Part shown: piece by piece, positions 62,042-64,000 of the stretch
Layout: each line of letters starts with the position of its first letter
Numbering within the stretch: position 1 is the stretch's first letter
From: Mobula hypostoma
Lineage: Eukaryota
Length of the DNA: 64,000 bases
Direction of reading: 5' to 3'
NCBI RefSeq assembly: GCF_963921235.1
Contig: NC_086097.1
Span: 113,524,001-113,588,000, forward strand
Made by a program: the position numbers and the translations under genes
The notes under the pieces: model-generated
Databases searched by the model: none
What the model saw: the letters and a program-made list of their open reading frames with translations, nothing else
Told to the model about the DNA's origin: nothing

Positions 62042-62478
62042 AACATGACAAAGTCTGCAAATGCTGGAAACCCAAAGCAACATACACAAAACGCTGGAGG
62101 AACTCAGCCGGTCAGGTAGCACCTATGGAAATGAATAAACATTCGATGCTTCGGGCCGAGACCCTTCATCAGGACTGAGAAGGAAGGGGGAAAAACACCA
62201 GAATAAAAAGGTGGGGGGAGGGGAAGGAGGCTAGCTGGAAGGTGATAGGTGAAGCCAGGTAGGTGGGAAAGGTGAAGGGCTGGAGAAGAAGTTACCTGAT
62301 AGGAGAGGAAAGTGGACCATAGGAGAAACGGAAGGAGGAGGCGACTCTGGGGGAAATGATAGGCAGGTGAGATGAGGTAAAAGGCCAGAATGGGGAACAG
62401 AAGAAGAGGGAAAGGGGAGTGAATTTTTTCCCCCACCAGGAGAAATCGATATTCATGCCACCAGGTTGGAGGCAACTA
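62042..62478 (-). mobile_element. PLE 3' end and terminal repeat with a hammerhead motif at 62140-62177
   Basis: Minus strand reads CAGTC-CTGATGA-AGGGTCTCGGCCC-GAAG-CA-TC-GAATG; upstream is the end of the endonuclease (PPTWWHEYRF frame, GMNIDF in the adjacent frame). Confidence 0.8.
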
Positions 62479-63149
62479 GATTGTTAGAAATTTATTCTAG
62501 TCTTTTTATAAGATAGAATATTGTGGGCCTTGCTGAATAAAGTTCTTCAAAATCATAAATGAGTTTTTGTATTTTGAAGTGATGACAGAAACAGAAGAGA
62601 GAAGAGTAAGATTTTATTTTAAATAATGCAATGATTTGGAACTTGAGATCATCCTCTTAAGGGAAAATAAAATACCTTATTTACCTGCAGCCTTTTTGTA
62701 AATAATAGGGAAAATAGATCAACTGGATAGGGTATTCAAAAGTAAATGTAAGTCACAAAAATTGGAGATACTGGAAATTTGAAATAAAGAAAAACACAGA
62801 AAATGCTGGAAACATTTAGCAGGTGAGACAGCATCTGTTGAAAGAAATTGACAAGCTTTCAGGTACACAAGTAACTAGTTCCCTTCTGTGCTGTTATTCT
62901 AATTGTTGCTCTCTGAGCTAATGTGGAGTGTTCTGTGGGGTCAAAGTTGGAAGCAGAGTTGGAAGCATTATATTTTTTGTTTATATATCAATCACCTGCA
63001 TGGATAAAAGACAATTCTGAGTACAGCACTAACACAAAGTAACAAATATAAGGTATAGAATGCAGGTGAATGGGATATGCAGAATAATAGTTCGGTACAG
63101 ACTAGATGGGCTGCAGGACTGGTTTCTGTGCCATAGTGTTCTATGACTC

Positions 63150-63835
63150 TAAGTCAGAATCAGAATCCAGTTAATATCACCAGCATATGTCACAAAATTT
63201 ACTGTTTTTGCAGCAGGACAATGCAATACATAATAATAAATAAAAAAATCTGAATTATAGTAAATATATATACAAGTAGTTAAATTTAAAAAATAGTGCA
63301 AAAATAAAAATAGCGAAGTAGTGTTCATGGGTTCAACGTCCATTCAGAAGTCGGATGGCAGAAGGGAAGCAGCTGTTCGTGAATTGCTGAGTGTGTGATT
63401 TCAGCTTCCTGCACCACCTTCCTGATGGCAGCAATGAGAACAAAGCATGACCTGGGTGATAGGGGTCTCTAATAATGGATGCAACCTTTTTGAGGACTAT
63501 GCATCTTGAAGATCTTCTGGATACTATGAAGATTAATGCACATGATGGAGCTGGCTAAGTTGACAACTCTCTGCAGCTTATTTCAATCCTGTGCAGCAGC
63601 CCCACCTGTGTCCGCCCCCCCAACACCAGATGGTAATATAACCAGTTAGAATGCTCTCCAAGGTCCATCTGTAGAAATCTGCTACTGTCTTCGGTGACAT
63701 ACCAAATCTCCTTAAACCTTTAAGGAAATATAGACGCTGTCACACCTTTTTTGTAACTGCAGCAATATGTTGGGGCCCCAGGACAGATCCTCAGCGATAG
63801 CGACACCAAGAAACTTGAAATTGCTCACTTTTCCC
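63150..63835 (-). mobile_element. Rex/Babar-like LINE 3' fragment
   Basis: Similar to 27330-27790 and 45454-45790, with a (TCAGAA)n tail at 63154. Confidence 0.7.
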
Positions 63836-64000
63836 CTTCTAATTACTTCTGATCCATGACTAGGATTGTTCTTAGCAAATTTTTCTACAGAAGTAGTTTG
63901 ACATTGCCTTTACAAGACGAGTGCCCCAGCCATTATCATACTCTTCAGAGACTGCCTGGTGTCAGTGGTGGCACAACCAGGACTTGTGATATGTACCAGC

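Overview
Eukaryotic (vertebrate) genomic DNA. The repeat content (abundant CR1-type LINEs, V-SINE-like and CORE-like SINEs, Penelope-like elements) suggests a cartilaginous fish, but that is inference. The only host gene I can support is frizzled-6 (FZD6) on the minus strand. Five coding exons lie at 27111-26915, 24636-23619, 18003-17855, 16686-16276 and 7576-7405; all have canonical AG/GT boundaries and join in frame into 648 aa plus a stop. I could not find the ATG exon, which probably lies beyond position 64000. Almost everything else is transposon-derived: CR1 and Rex/Babar-type LINEs, two solo LTRs, a Sleeping Beauty-like Tc1, Tigger, mariner and hAT MITEs, SINEs and Penelope-like (PLE) pieces. 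The most unusual object is a 4.1 kb PLE-derived insertion at 41347-45441. It has GIY-YIG endonuclease and RT-thumb remnants between ~350 bp direct repeats and ends in eight ~48 bp cores separated by TTAGGG-type telomeric hexamers. A second, more numerous PLE family carries minimal hammerhead-ribozyme motifs, often head-to-head in fold-back mini-elements. Most short ORFs in the track are repeat-derived noise.
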